A DNA stretch of 64,000 bases from Roseibacillus sp. (GCA_965242925.1 CBDEUM010000029.1:224001-288000), one strand, 5' to 3'. Positions 47,460 through 58,477 are shown, numbered from the stretch's first letter. Translations and numbers: made by a program. The notes: generated by a model from the sequence alone, not told the origin.

Positions 47460-48866
47460 ATGGCTGAAGGTGGAATCGCGAAGCGACCGGTCCCCCAGGT
47501 GCCCTTGCTCTATCGCCTCCTCTACCGGAGTTACGCGCGGGGATCGGATCTCTCCGTGTCCCTCAATCGGCGGGTGACTGCTGCGGGCTGGGTGGTCCTG
47601 GCCCTCCTGTTGCTGACGGCCATCCTGGGAGTCGATCTCTCCAAGTCCACGCTCTACCAGATCTTCTCGCTGGTTTTCGGTGTGCTGGTGGTATCCCTGC
47701 TGTGGTCCTGGTCCCGGCGCGCACGATTATCGGCCCGGCGGGAACTGCCGCGCTACGCCACGGTCGGTGAATCCTTTCCCTACATGGTGACGGTTACCAA
47801 TGAAGGACGGCGTCCGGTGCGCGGCTTTCTTCTTTCCGAGTGCGCTCCCGATGCCAGGCCGTCGCTGCCCAACTTCGCCTTCACGCCGGAGCCGGGCGAG
47901 GGGGAACGAAACGTCTTTGACCGGTTCTTCGTGTACTATCGCTGGCGCTGGCTCATGGAGCAGCGCCTCCTCTTTGAGAGCGAGGACCGGGGAGAACATC
48001 GCACGGTGCGCCCGCATGAGTCCTTGCGCACGCTGCTGCACCTGAAGCCGCGGCGGCGCGGGGTGGTGCGCCTGAATGATCTCAGAGTGCGTCTGCCGGA
48101 TCCCTTCGGCCTCTTCCAGCGCTGCCGCAAGGTGGAGGCAGGGGGAGATGCCCTGGTTGTATTTCCCCGGCGTTATCGCCTCCCGGATCTGGACCTGCCC
48201 GGGGAGGCCTGTCTGCAGCTCGGGGGTGAGGCCGTCTCAAACACCATCGGTCAGTCGGGCGAATTCCTCGGATTGCGCGACTACCGCAGCGGCGACGCCC
48301 TGCGCCGCATTCACTGGAAGGGCTGGGCCAAGACCGGGCGGCCCGTCGTGAAGGAGTTCGAGAACATGTACTTTCCACGCTACGGGCTGGTACTCGATAA
48401 TTTCACGGAGGAGGGGGACGAAAATCTCTTTGAGGAGACGGTGGCGGTGGCAGCTTCCTTTGCGTGCTCTATTGATACCAGGCGCAGCATGCTTGACCTC
48501 ATGTTCATCAAGGATGAAGCCATCGTCGTGAAGGCTGGCCGGGGAGAAGCCAGGGCCGAAAAACTCCTGGAAGTGCTCGCTGGGGTGGAGGCCGAACCGG
48601 AAGAGCATCTCGATGATCTGGAGCGGCTGGTCAAGCGGCATGGCGACCGGTTGACTGCCTGCATCTGCGTCTTCACCGGTTGGACAACTGGACGGGCGCG
48701 CTTCCTTCGGCACCTCGTCAGCGCCGGAATGGAAGTCATGCCATTCATCCTTTGTCGTTGTGCCTCGGAAACCAAGGCTATGATCGATGCCGATCCGCTT
48801 CCCTGTCGCCATCTGTTGCTGGAACCACCCAACGTGCAGGAGGGACTGCTCAAACTTCAGCTGTGA
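47460..48866 (+). CDS. DUF58 domain membrane protein
   Basis: AAGGAG before ATG 47460; two TM helices; DPFGLF, EFLGLRDYRSGDALRRIHWK. Confidence 0.9.
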   Translation: MAEGGIAKRPVPQVPLLYRLLYRSYARGSDLSVSLNRRVTAAGWVVLALLLLTAILGVDLSKSTLYQIFSLVFGVLVVSLLWSWSRRARLSARRELPRYATVGESFPYMVTVTNEGRRPVRGFLLSECAPDARPSLPNFAFTPEPGEGERNVFDRFFVYYRWRWLMEQRLLFESEDRGEHRTVRPHESLRTLLHLKPRRRGVVRLNDLRVRLPDPFGLFQRCRKVEAGGDALVVFPRRYRLPDLDLPGEACLQLGGEAVSNTIGQSGEFLGLRDYRSGDALRRIHWKGWAKTGRPVVKEFENMYFPRYGLVLDNFTEEGDENLFEETVAVAASFACSIDTRRSMLDLMFIKDEAIVVKAGRGEARAEKLLEVLAGVEAEPEEHLDDLERLVKRHGDRLTACICVFTGWTTGRARFLRHLVSAGMEVMPFILCRCASETKAMIDADPLPCRHLLLEPPNVQEGLLKLQL

Positions 48867-51094
48867 ACCGCAGCCTGGACAATCCCCAGAGTCCTCCCCG
48901 GCTTCTCGAGGGAGCCACCCTGTTGTTCTGGGGAGGGGTGACCGGCCACCCGGTGGTGGGTCTGATCTGTGCGCTGCTGGCGGAGGGCCGCTCCTGGACC
49001 GACCTGCGCTGGCACTTCGGCGAGCGGGGCTTTGTCCGGGCCTGGTACCTGGCCCTTGTCCTGGGGGTGCTCACCCTGGTGTGGACGTGGTTGCAGGGGT
49101 CGAGTCAGATTCTTCTCTTCGATGTCCTTGCGTGGATGCCGTTTTACCTTTTGCCGGTTCTTCTCGCACAGAACTACGCCATCGAGCCGGCTGTGCCACT
49201 CAATACCTTTTCTCTGATTGCGCGGCGCAAGATGCTCATCGACCGCAGAGCGGGTCGCAAGGTGGCGCCCATCCAGGTCCATATCGGCTATCCCTATCTC
49301 TGCCTCGTGATGGTGGCTGCCGCACTGAGTCGGATCGACGAGCTGGCCTTTTTTACGGGCATGATCTTTCTTGCATCCTGCGCGCTGGTCTTTGCCAGCC
49401 CGGTGAGTCGCCTGCGCCCCTTCAGCATCGGGGGGGCTCTTCTGCTGGCCGGTGTCCTGGGGGCAGGGGGATCGATTGGTCTCAAGGCCCTGTGGATGAG
49501 CCTGGACAGCGTGTTCAGCATCCCGTCCGGGGGTTACACGACGGGAGACAGTTCCCAGACCGCCATCGGTCAGCTTGGGAGGATCAAGCAGTCGAAGCGT
49601 ATTCGATGGCGGGTGCGTGACACGGAGACAGGAGGGTCGCGCCTCTTTCGTGAGGCTGCCTACAATCATTACACGGGGGGGCAGTGGTGGCACCGTCCGG
49701 TGCCCGAACGTGGAGGCGGAGGGCAGGGTGGCACGCCAGGGAACAGGGAGAAAGTGCCGGGAGGGATCGAACTCGACAAGCGAGAGGGTGACTATGAGCC
49801 CCTTTGGGACCGCACCCTGCCCAACGGCTTGTTGCAGTTTGCCTTCGATCCTGCCGAGTTTGACCGCGATCCCGGCATCCGGCGCAAGCTGATTGTGAAA
49901 GGAAAGGTGGGGACCAAGACTCCCCTTCCTCTGCCCTCCACCACCCAACGGCTCTCGGGATTCCGGGTTGCCGATGGTGGCGTCGACTGGAATTCCCTCG
50001 GAACGGTCCGACTTGAGAATCCCGATCACGGAGTGGCTTCCTTTGAAGTCTTCGCCGGGGGACGGCCCCTTTACGAGGCGTTGCCTGATCCCGAACTTGA
50101 TCTGCAGGTTCCGCTGGCGGAGCGCCTGCCCGGGCGCCTGAATGCGGATGAGGAGTGGATTCCCGATCCGGAGCGGAAGGGTATCCGCGATCTCTGCGAC
50201 GAGTGGGGATTGCGGGGGCTCCCCGCCCGCGAGGCCACCAAGTTGATCAAGGAGCGATTTTTCGGCCCCGATTTTTCTTACAGCATGTTCCTTGGACACC
50301 AGCGTGCCAGCAGGGAGAACTGGGCGGTGTCCAGGTTTCTCAGTGAGACTCGGATTGGGCATTGTGAGTACTTCGCCACTGCGGCGGTCCTGCTCCTTCG
50401 GGAGGCCGGAATTCCGGCCCGTTACTGTGTGGGATACTCTGGCCAGGAGCGGAGCAGGGACGGCGAGTGGCTGTTGCGGGGTAGTCACGCCCATGCCTGG
50501 TGCCGGGTCTGGCACGGAACGATGCCTCCGGATGAGATTCCCGATGGAGCGGATACAGCTTCCTATGGGCGCTGGGAAAATTTCGATGCCACCACCCCGC
50601 GATGGCTCGACTATGAAGGATCAGGGCTGCCGTGGTCATGCCACCTGATCGATTGGTGGCAGAAGATGCGCGAGGATTTCCTAGTCTGGAGAACGTTGCC
50701 GGGAAATACCGGGATGGTCAACTGGCTCATCATCACAGTGGGGGCCCTCCTCTTCGCCTGCCTCGTGGTGCGTCTATGGCAAAGCAGGACCCGTCGCCGG
50801 GGGGAAGTCGGTGGGACTACGCGGGCAGAGATCATGCGAACTCCCCTCCACGACCTGACCCGGCTCGCCGAGCGCCGCCTGGGTCCCCGGAATGAGAGCA
50901 GAGCCTTCACTGAATGGATCCTCGGACTGGGTGAACTCGTTCCTGCTGTGGAGTCCGATCTGCGCCGGGCGGTCAGTTATCATTGGAAGGCTCGTTTTGA
51001 TCCCATCGGTCTCGCCCCCAGCGAGGAAGGACAGTTCAGGGAGTTGTGCCGTGGATTGCGGGAGCAGATCGGCAGGGCCCAGCGGGGGAAGTAG
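48863..51094 (+). CDS. Membrane transglutaminase-like domain protein (TgpA-like)
   Basis: GTGA overlap; N-terminal TM bundle; GHCEYFAT, GIPARYCVGY, HAHAW, FDAT (Cys-His-Asp triad). Confidence 0.9.
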   Translation: MNRSLDNPQSPPRLLEGATLLFWGGVTGHPVVGLICALLAEGRSWTDLRWHFGERGFVRAWYLALVLGVLTLVWTWLQGSSQILLFDVLAWMPFYLLPVLLAQNYAIEPAVPLNTFSLIARRKMLIDRRAGRKVAPIQVHIGYPYLCLVMVAAALSRIDELAFFTGMIFLASCALVFASPVSRLRPFSIGGALLLAGVLGAGGSIGLKALWMSLDSVFSIPSGGYTTGDSSQTAIGQLGRIKQSKRIRWRVRDTETGGSRLFREAAYNHYTGGQWWHRPVPERGGGGQGGTPGNREKVPGGIELDKREGDYEPLWDRTLPNGLLQFAFDPAEFDRDPGIRRKLIVKGKVGTKTPLPLPSTTQRLSGFRVADGGVDWNSLGTVRLENPDHGVASFEVFAGGRPLYEALPDPELDLQVPLAERLPGRLNADEEWIPDPERKGIRDLCDEWGLRGLPAREATKLIKERFFGPDFSYSMFLGHQRASRENWAVSRFLSETRIGHCEYFATAAVLLLREAGIPARYCVGYSGQERSRDGEWLLRGSHAHAWCRVWHGTMPPDEIPDGADTASYGRWENFDATTPRWLDYEGSGLPWSCHLIDWWQKMREDFLVWRTLPGNTGMVNWLIITVGALLFACLVVRLWQSRTRRRGEVGGTTRAEIMRTPLHDLTRLAERRLGPRNESRAFTEWILGLGELVPAVESDLRRAVSYHWKARFDPIGLAPSEEGQFRELCRGLREQIGRAQRGK

Positions 51095-51514
51095 GCGGGG
51101 ACGGATCAGGGAGGGCGAGTCCGGGGTCGATCCCCGGGCATGGGAGGAGCAGGAGGGCTGCGAGCAGCACGCCCCTTGACGAGTGAGGTGGTTTTATCCA
51201 CGGGCTGCAGATCCCAAATGGTCGCCCGAAAGCAGGGCTCGTTCTCATCCCGCGAGCATGGCGATCCGCCAATCCGGGTCAATGGCCCGGACATCGGTTG
51301 CCCTCAAGAAGGATGAAGACTTCATCTTGAGCGTGTTCATCGACACATTCAGGAAAGTCCGAACATCCGCTTGTCCGCCAAGGGTGGGGATGCGAGTATC
51401 AGATCGATCAAGGCGTGGAAGATGCAGACGATCGGCCAAACGCCTTAGAACCGGGACTGGCTGAACCGGAAAGGCTGATTCCGGGTGACGGACCCGGTGC
51501 GCAGTATTTTGTCC

Positions 51515-52624
51515 ATGGCCATTCCAGAGACTCGAACTCATCATCGCCCCATCGCGATCTGGCTCCTGATCTGTTGTGTGACCCTTGCGGGAATGGTCTT
51601 GCTGGGCGGGGCAACCAGGCTGACGGGTTCGGGACTCTCGATGGTGGAATGGAAACCGGTTACCGGTGTTCTTCCCCCGTTGAGCCAGAATGATTGGGAG
51701 GAGGTTTTTGATCTCTATCAGCAGTCGCCGGAATTTCAGCTGGTGAATCGCAATATGAATCTAGAGGGGTTCAAAGGCATCTTCTATCTCGAATACTTCC
51801 ATCGCCTTCTCGGGCGCCTGATCGGGCTTATCGTCATGCTGCCGCTGATCTACTTCGTGGTCAGGAGGAAGATCGATCGGACGCTGGCCCTGAAACTGGC
51901 AATCATGGTGGTTCTCGGTGGGCTGCAGGGGGTGCTCGGTTGGTACATGGTCCAGAGTGGGTTGGTGGATGTTCCCCATGTCAGCCAATACCGGCTGACC
52001 GCTCATCTCGGCCTGGCGTTCCTGATCTACGGATACATTCTCTGGATTGCGTTTGATCTGCTGTGGCCGAACTTTGTTGGCAAATCAGACACCGATCTTC
52101 GAGGGCTCCGGCGCTTCTCTGTAGTCATCCCCTGCCTGGTCTTTGTGACCGTTCTTTCAGGAGGATTTGTGGCGGGCCTGGAGGCCGGCCTCATTCACAA
52201 TACCTTTCCCCTGATGGGCGGTCGGGTGGTTCCGGAGGGGCTGCTGTATCTTGATCCGGCATGGAGAAATGTCTTCGATAATCCCGTTACCGTGCAATTC
52301 AATCACCGGATTCTTGCGACGCTCCTGTTTGTCTTGGTTCCGGTTTTCTGGCACCACGCAAGACGCCATGCTCTGCCCCGCCGGATCAGAATCGGCTTCC
52401 ACCTCCTTCTGGCACTCCTGTTGATCCAGGTTGCGCTGGGTATCTCGACTCTGCTTCTGCGCGTACCGGTGTCGATTGCCACCATTCACCAGGGTGGAGG
52501 GCTGGCTCTTTTCTCGGCGGCCTTATTTCTCGCCAACCAGCTGCGAAGGAGCATTCCGTCGGGTAATACGGGTGGGAAGATCCCGGTTCAAGAAAAGGAT
52601 CGGCATGCCTTCGGCACCGATTAG
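51515..52624 (+). CDS. ctaA: Heme A synthase (COX15/CtaA)
   Basis: GGATRLTGSGLSMVEW, EYFHRLLGR, GWYMVQSGL, RLTAHL, QFNHR, IHQ. Confidence 0.95.
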   Translation: MAIPETRTHHRPIAIWLLICCVTLAGMVLLGGATRLTGSGLSMVEWKPVTGVLPPLSQNDWEEVFDLYQQSPEFQLVNRNMNLEGFKGIFYLEYFHRLLGRLIGLIVMLPLIYFVVRRKIDRTLALKLAIMVVLGGLQGVLGWYMVQSGLVDVPHVSQYRLTAHLGLAFLIYGYILWIAFDLLWPNFVGKSDTDLRGLRRFSVVIPCLVFVTVLSGGFVAGLEAGLIHNTFPLMGGRVVPEGLLYLDPAWRNVFDNPVTVQFNHRILATLLFVLVPVFWHHARRHALPRRIRIGFHLLLALLLIQVALGISTLLLRVPVSIATIHQGGGLALFSAALFLANQLRRSIPSGNTGGKIPVQEKDRHAFGTD

Positions 52625-52636
52625 CATTCGCCCATC

Positions 52637-55324
52637 GTGAGATCTTTTCGCTGGATAGTTCCTGCAGCTTTGTTCTGCGCAGGCGTCGCTCCGGTGGCAT
52701 TTGCTCAGGTCATCATTCCCGGGATCGTTTCCAGTCAACTCGCTCCGGACCTCAAAGGCCTGATTCTGCTCGAGGAATTGAATTGCGCCGCCTGTCACGC
52801 GAGCGAGGCGCCATTTGCAGACCAGGCGAAGAAGGCGCCCCGGCTCTCTGCGGTCGGATCGCGGGTCAATCCACATTATCTTGAGGCCTTTCTCCGCGAT
52901 CCGCATGGGACGAAACCCGGCACTACCATGCCGGACGTGCTGGCGCACCTCGGTGCCAGGGAACGGGGAGAAGTTGCCAAGTCGCTTACGCACTTCCTCC
53001 TGTCCCTGAAGAAAAGCGACTTTGCGCTGCAGCCACCCGATGCGGTGGCTGCGCGACATGGCGAGCAATTGTTCCACTCGCGGGGCTGCGCGGCCTGTCA
53101 TTCGCCCCGTGATGAAGGGGGAAAGGAGCTGCTCGGTAGAACCTCCGTTCCGCTCGGGGCCCTGCAGAAGAAGTACAGCGTCAAGAGTCTGGCCGAGTTT
53201 CTGCGGCGGCCGCACGCCAGTCGCCCCTCCGGGCGCATGCCCGATCTGCGCTTGCAGGGAAAGGATGTCGAGCGGATCACCCACTACCTCCTGCAGGGCA
53301 CGCGGGTGCCGGGATCACTGGCCTATACGCTGTATCGCGGGCAGGTGTGGGAGGGACTGAATAGCGACAAGGTGGAGGCCGAGCAGGCTGGACACGTGGA
53401 GGATTTTTCCCTGGAGAGCCTCGGGAAGGTGCATCATCAGAGTGCGATCGCATACAAAGGATGGCTGAAGATCCCGCAGTCCGGTCGTTATACCGCCTAC
53501 CTCAAGATGAACGGCGGATCGCTGCACGTGGATGGAAAGGAAATTGTCCGGGAGGAGCCGAGCAACCGGCGTGGAGCAAGGAAGCTACAGGGCAGGGCCG
53601 ACCTGCAGGCGGGCTGGCGGAAGATTGAACTGACCTACTTTCACACCGGGCGGGAACCGGAGTTCTCCTTTGAACTGGAAGGACCCGGCTTCAGGCGGCA
53701 TGCCATCCCTTCCTCGATGCTCTCGGTATCCGACGAGCCGCTACCTGCCTTCGCGCCCCTTCAGGTGGATGCCGATCTCGCGGCGCGGGGCCGGACCCAG
53801 TTCGCCAGTCTCGGTTGTGCCAGTTGCCACGACGATCTCCGGATCCGTTCCGAGGCCGGACCGGTCTTTGCGCAATTGGATCCGAGCCGCGGATGCTTGA
53901 GCGAAGCCGCCGGACCGTGGCCCCGGTTCGACCTCGATGCTGAACAACGTGGATTGCTCTCGCGAGTGCTGCCCCGGGCGGAAGGTCGACGGCTCGATGA
54001 CCGGCAACGGCTCGAGAAGACCCTGGTGACCTTCAATTGCATCGCTTGTCACGACCGGGCCGGGCTGGGGGGAATCGCTCCGGAGCGCAACGTGCTTTTT
54101 ACCGGAACGCGGGAAGCGCTGGGGGACCAGGGTCGCCTGCCTCCGCCGCTGTCCCATGTCGGTGCGAAATTGAAGCCCGAGTGGTTGACCGAGGTGTTGC
54201 TGCACGGGAAGCGCCAGCGTGACTACCTGGACGCGAGCATGCCGCAGTATGGCGGAGAGAACGTCGGCCATCTGGTTGAGCTGTTCGGCAGAGTCGACGA
54301 ACTGGAAGCGGTCACGTTCCCGGAGATTGCCGACATCCGGGAGTCCAAGGATGCCGGCTATGAGATGATGGGGACCACCGGATTCAGTTGCATCGCCTGC
54401 CACGATTTCAACGGGCAGCGGGCGGGTGGGGCAGGGGCGCTCGACATCGTGCACGTGACGGAGCGCGTCCGGAAGAGCTGGTTTCACCTCTACATGCGGC
54501 AGCCATCGCGCTTCCACCCCACCGTGATCATGCCCAGCTACTGGCCGGGAGGAAAATCGATTCGTCCCGGCATTCTCGGCGGCGATACCGCTCAACAGAT
54601 CGAGGGGCTGTGGGCCTATCTTGAGGACGGGACCCGGGCGAAGAAGCCCAGGGGACTGTCGCGGCAATCGAGCGAGCTCCGGGTCACCGATGTGGCGGAG
54701 ATGTGCCGGGGCCGGGGCACGGCCGGCTACCGCGGGATCGGCGTGGGCTACCCGGAGCGTATCAGCCTGGCCTTTGATTCCGAGGAGATGGCCCTGCGCC
54801 TGCTGTGGAAAGGGGAGTTCGCGAGCGTCAATCACGGATCGTTCCGGGCCCGTGGTGGCGAGCGGATTTCCTTCCCGGCCGGGATTCCCTTTCACCGCTT
54901 GAAGTCGATGGATGATCACTGGCCCTACAAGGGGAAGACCGATTACGCTTTCCCTCACGACCATGGCTACCAGTTTCGCGGCTATCGCCTGGATGCGCTG
55001 CGGAGACCCACTTTTCAATACCGCTACGGCAATATCGTGGTGGAAGACTTCTTCGAGGACCTTCTCGATGCCGACGGCCGGGCGTATTTCAAGCGAACCA
55101 TCCTGTTTGAATCACCGGACGCACCGCCGCTGTTCCATTTTCGTGCGGGTTCCGGGAAGAAAATCACGTCGCAATCGGACCATGACTTCGTCATTGATCA
55201 ACTCCGGTTGCGCACGGCAGGCGATTACAGGGGAGTGGTCCGTGATGGCGATCCCGCGGAATTGCTGATCCCGCTGACGCTGTCTGCCGGGCGCTCCACT
55301 CTCACCCTTGAATACCGATGGTAA
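52637..55324 (+). CDS. Secreted multiheme cytochrome c (5 CxxCH) with PA14-like domain
   Basis: CAACH x2, CASCH, CIACH x2; PGTTMP, SGRMP and ASMP axial-Met motifs; PA14-like YKGWLKIPQSGRY...LEGPG. Confidence 0.88.
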   Translation: MRSFRWIVPAALFCAGVAPVAFAQVIIPGIVSSQLAPDLKGLILLEELNCAACHASEAPFADQAKKAPRLSAVGSRVNPHYLEAFLRDPHGTKPGTTMPDVLAHLGARERGEVAKSLTHFLLSLKKSDFALQPPDAVAARHGEQLFHSRGCAACHSPRDEGGKELLGRTSVPLGALQKKYSVKSLAEFLRRPHASRPSGRMPDLRLQGKDVERITHYLLQGTRVPGSLAYTLYRGQVWEGLNSDKVEAEQAGHVEDFSLESLGKVHHQSAIAYKGWLKIPQSGRYTAYLKMNGGSLHVDGKEIVREEPSNRRGARKLQGRADLQAGWRKIELTYFHTGREPEFSFELEGPGFRRHAIPSSMLSVSDEPLPAFAPLQVDADLAARGRTQFASLGCASCHDDLRIRSEAGPVFAQLDPSRGCLSEAAGPWPRFDLDAEQRGLLSRVLPRAEGRRLDDRQRLEKTLVTFNCIACHDRAGLGGIAPERNVLFTGTREALGDQGRLPPPLSHVGAKLKPEWLTEVLLHGKRQRDYLDASMPQYGGENVGHLVELFGRVDELEAVTFPEIADIRESKDAGYEMMGTTGFSCIACHDFNGQRAGGAGALDIVHVTERVRKSWFHLYMRQPSRFHPTVIMPSYWPGGKSIRPGILGGDTAQQIEGLWAYLEDGTRAKKPRGLSRQSSELRVTDVAEMCRGRGTAGYRGIGVGYPERISLAFDSEEMALRLLWKGEFASVNHGSFRARGGERISFPAGIPFHRLKSMDDHWPYKGKTDYAFPHDHGYQFRGYRLDALRRPTFQYRYGNIVVEDFFEDLLDADGRAYFKRTILFESPDAPPLFHFRAGSGKKITSQSDHDFVIDQLRLRTAGDYRGVVRDGDPAELLIPLTLSAGRSTLTLEYRW

Positions 55325-56808
55325 ATGTCCGATTCATCCTGGTCCTGGTGATCGCCGCGATCCCTCATGCCCTTGTTGCCGAGGACCTCGGGGAAATGTG
55401 GGGCACGGCCCGGGAGGAAGAAAAGTACTACCCGATCGTGAACATCCCGATTCCGCCGGAGGTTCCGATGCGTCCGGGCAGTTTTGAGATCCTCCCGGAC
55501 GGGCGGCTGGCGGTGGGCACCCGGCGGGGTGACATCTATTTCATCAAGGGCGCCTTCCAGTCTCCCCCCGAGCCGCGGTACCACCTCTTTGCCAGCGGGC
55601 AGGACGAGATCTTCGGACTCGCCTGGAAAGACGGAGCGATGACGACGACGCAGTTCGGGGAGGTCACCCGCATTTCCGATGTCGACGGGGACGGGATCGC
55701 GGATCGCTACGACACGTTGAGCAACAACTGGGGTTACGCGGAGGGCCACGAGTTTGCCTTTGGATCCAAGCATGATCCGGAGGGCAATATCTGGGTGGCC
55801 CTCGGGTTGAGCGGATCGTATCACTCGCGCAACCTCTTCCGGGGATGGGCGGTGAAAGTGACGCCGGACGGGAAGATGATACCGGTGTGCAGCGGACTTC
55901 GGAGTCCGGGCGGGGTGGGTCCGAATGCGCAGGGGGTCATGTTCTGCATCGAGAGCCAGGGGCCATGGAACGGATGCTGCTCGTTGAAGCATCTCAAGCA
56001 GGGCGCTTTTCTCGGCCATCCTGCCAGTTACAACTGGTATCCCTTCGTTCCCGGCCTGGATGCGCCCGCGGTGGAGCCCGACAGCCCGTCCCGTCTGCAG
56101 GTTGAGAAGAAGCGGGTCAGGGAACTGGTGCCTCCCGTGGTGCGTTTTCCCTACATCAGGATGGGCCGCTCGATCGCCGGCTTCCGGCTCAACCAGACCG
56201 GAGGAAAGTTCGGTCCCTTCGAAAACCAGATCTTCCTGGGCGATTACACCCTGAGCATCATCCTGCGAGTGACCACCGAACAGGTCAACGGGGTGTGGCA
56301 GGGCGCGTGCTATCCCTTTCGGGAAGGCCTCTCCACGGGGATCATGCACGTGGAATTCTCCCCCAGGGGGCAATTGATTGTCGGCGGCTTCACGACCAAC
56401 CGGCAGTGGCCGGTGCGCGGAACGGAACCATTTGCGATCCAGCGCATCGACTGGTCCGGCGTTGTGCCGTTCGAGATCAGGGAAATCAATATCAGGAAGG
56501 ACGGGTTCCTGGTCACCTTCACCAAGCCAGTGGACAGGGGTATCGCCTCCAGCACCGAGACCTACACCGTGACGACCTACACGCACAACTACGCCGCCGG
56601 CTACGGTAGTCCGGAGGTGGATCACACCACGCCCGAGGTGATCAGAGCCGTGCCCTCTGCCGACGGGTTGTCGGTGATGGTGCACCTGGACAAGACCACG
56701 GAAGGCCACATCCACGATTTCGATCTCGCCGGAATGGTGGGCCGGGACGGCGAGCGTCTCCTCCACACCAAGGCCTACTACACGGTGAACGAAATCCCGG
56801 ATCACTAG
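55318..56808 (+). CDS. Secreted PVC-type beta-propeller (sorbosone dehydrogenase-like) protein
   Basis: Signal peptide; LPDGRLAVGTRRG, DVDGDGIAD, GLRSPGG, FGPFENQIFLGD, WQGACYPF. Confidence 0.8.
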   Translation: MVNVRFILVLVIAAIPHALVAEDLGEMWGTAREEEKYYPIVNIPIPPEVPMRPGSFEILPDGRLAVGTRRGDIYFIKGAFQSPPEPRYHLFASGQDEIFGLAWKDGAMTTTQFGEVTRISDVDGDGIADRYDTLSNNWGYAEGHEFAFGSKHDPEGNIWVALGLSGSYHSRNLFRGWAVKVTPDGKMIPVCSGLRSPGGVGPNAQGVMFCIESQGPWNGCCSLKHLKQGAFLGHPASYNWYPFVPGLDAPAVEPDSPSRLQVEKKRVRELVPPVVRFPYIRMGRSIAGFRLNQTGGKFGPFENQIFLGDYTLSIILRVTTEQVNGVWQGACYPFREGLSTGIMHVEFSPRGQLIVGGFTTNRQWPVRGTEPFAIQRIDWSGVVPFEIREINIRKDGFLVTFTKPVDRGIASSTETYTVTTYTHNYAAGYGSPEVDHTTPEVIRAVPSADGLSVMVHLDKTTEGHIHDFDLAGMVGRDGERLLHTKAYYTVNEIPDH

Positions 56809-56828
56809 CCCCCGGGCCGAACCCGATC

Positions 56829-57873
56829 ATGATCAGACTATTGCTTCCCTCACTCTGTCGCGCGGCCCTGCTTTTGAGTTGCAGCCCCCTCCTGGCCCAT
56901 CCCGTTCCGGACAGTCCGCAGTGGTTGACGTATTCCGGAAAGAAGGGCCCCGGCAAGGGCAGGCATATCGTGCTGATCTCCGCCGACCAGGAGTACCGTA
57001 GTGAACAATCGATGCCGATGATGGCAGGAATCCTGAGCAGGCATCACGGATTTGACTGCACCATCCTGTTTGGGGTCAATGACAAGGGGGAAGTCGATCC
57101 CACCATGCCGGTCTACCCGAAGAAAGGACAGGAGGCTGAGTTCAAATCCCACAACATACCCGGTCTCAAGCATCTCGCTTCGGCTGACCTGGTCGTCTTC
57201 TTTACGCGCCTCCTGACCCTGCCCGGTGAGCAGCAGGAGCGCATCGTCAGTTACATCGACTCCGGCAAACCGATGATCGCGCTGCGGACTGCGAATCATG
57301 GTTTTCGCGGAGCCTTGCCCTACAAGATTGATGGCAAGACCGTGAACTTCGGCCGGGATGTGCTCGGGGGGTCCTTCATGGGTCATCACGGCCGCTGGCA
57401 CGCCGACTCGACCCGCGGCACGATTGTCAAGGAGCTGAAGGGGCATCCTATCGCGGTCGGGGTCGACGACATCTGGGGACCCTCGGATGTCTACCGGACC
57501 TACAAGGAGGGAACCGGGCTGCCGGAAGGGTGCACGGCCCTGGTCTGGGGACAACCACTGACAGGGCGAAACCATGACGACCCTCCCAATCCCGGGAAGG
57601 AACCGCTTCCCGTGGCGTGGTTCAAGACGTGGCAGACCAGCGAGGGAAAGAAGGCCCGCGTCTTCCAGTCCACGATGGGCAGCGGCAAGGACCTGGAGAG
57701 TGCCGGGCTCCGCAGGTTGATCATCAACGCTGCGTATTGGGGACTCGGAATGGAAGCTGCCATCTCTCCCACTCGGCAGCGTCGACTACGTGGGCCCCTA
57801 CGAGCCACTCGCAAGCGGCTTCAATTACGAGAAGCTGGGAGTGGTCCCCAAGCTGCCTGCTGCCTACAAATAG
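56829..57873 (+). CDS. Secreted ThuA-like domain protein, frameshifted near the C-terminus
   Basis: HIVLISADQEYRSE, ALRTANH, RVFQSTMG. Removing one G of GG 57775-57776 gives ...PTRSVDYVGPYEPLASGFNYEKLGVVPKLPAAYK and TAG at 57871-57873. Confidence 0.78.
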
Positions 57874-58020
57874 CAACCGGAGTCGGAGCTTGTGGAGCAC
57901 TCGCTACCGCGTTTCAGAGAAGCGGGGAGGCAAGTAACGAGGGAGGGCATGGCGAGGTGCTTCATGGCAGCCGGTTGCGGGGTTCTTTCCGATCGGAACG
58001 GCACCGGAGGATGGGGGAAT

Positions 58021-58221
58021 TCACCTGGTTGGGGGTCGGTCCTTACCCATCACGGCCCAGGTTTCTTCGGGAGAGACATCAGCAATATCCGGGCCGGGCG
58101 GATCCGAGGGGGCCAGAATGGCAAGAAACGTGACGTCCTGATCGAACGGGTTGCAGGTTCCGTGGACGATGTTCTCGGGAATGAGGACCATCTCGCCGGA
58201 ATTGACCCAGCCTTCAGGGCC
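58021..58221 (-). pseudogene. 5'-truncated cupin domain gene remnant
   Basis: Minus frame reads [38 protein letters not shown]...W...stop. Cupin motif 2 (G-x5-P-x4-H-x3-N) is present; motif 1 is absent and an in-frame TGA lies just upstream. Confidence 0.65.
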
Positions 58222-58238
58222 TCAACCGTAGGTTTGAG

Positions 58239-58315
<77 letters not shown>

Positions 58316-58477
58316 ACTGTGGGCGGGGAGGATGGGTCAATTCCGGCGCGGGGCAAGCGGAAAGGGGGTTTGGGAAAATTTTAGGAGAGCCCTCTGCTGG
58401 AGGAACGTCTTCAAAGAACCGGGCACATGTGTTTGATTGCCGGGAGGCTTCCGGTTAAGAGCAGTCAACCTACTGTG

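Noticed and set aside
51095..51514. Short ORFs and a hairpin (CCGGGG-TCGAT-CCCCGG) in the gap before ctaA
   Set aside because: No convincing start, motif or family resemblance. It may be a decayed gene, but I cannot support that.
57776..58133. C-terminal extension of the 434-aa ORF
   Set aside because: An out-of-frame artefact after the GG indel; the family-like end is at 57873.
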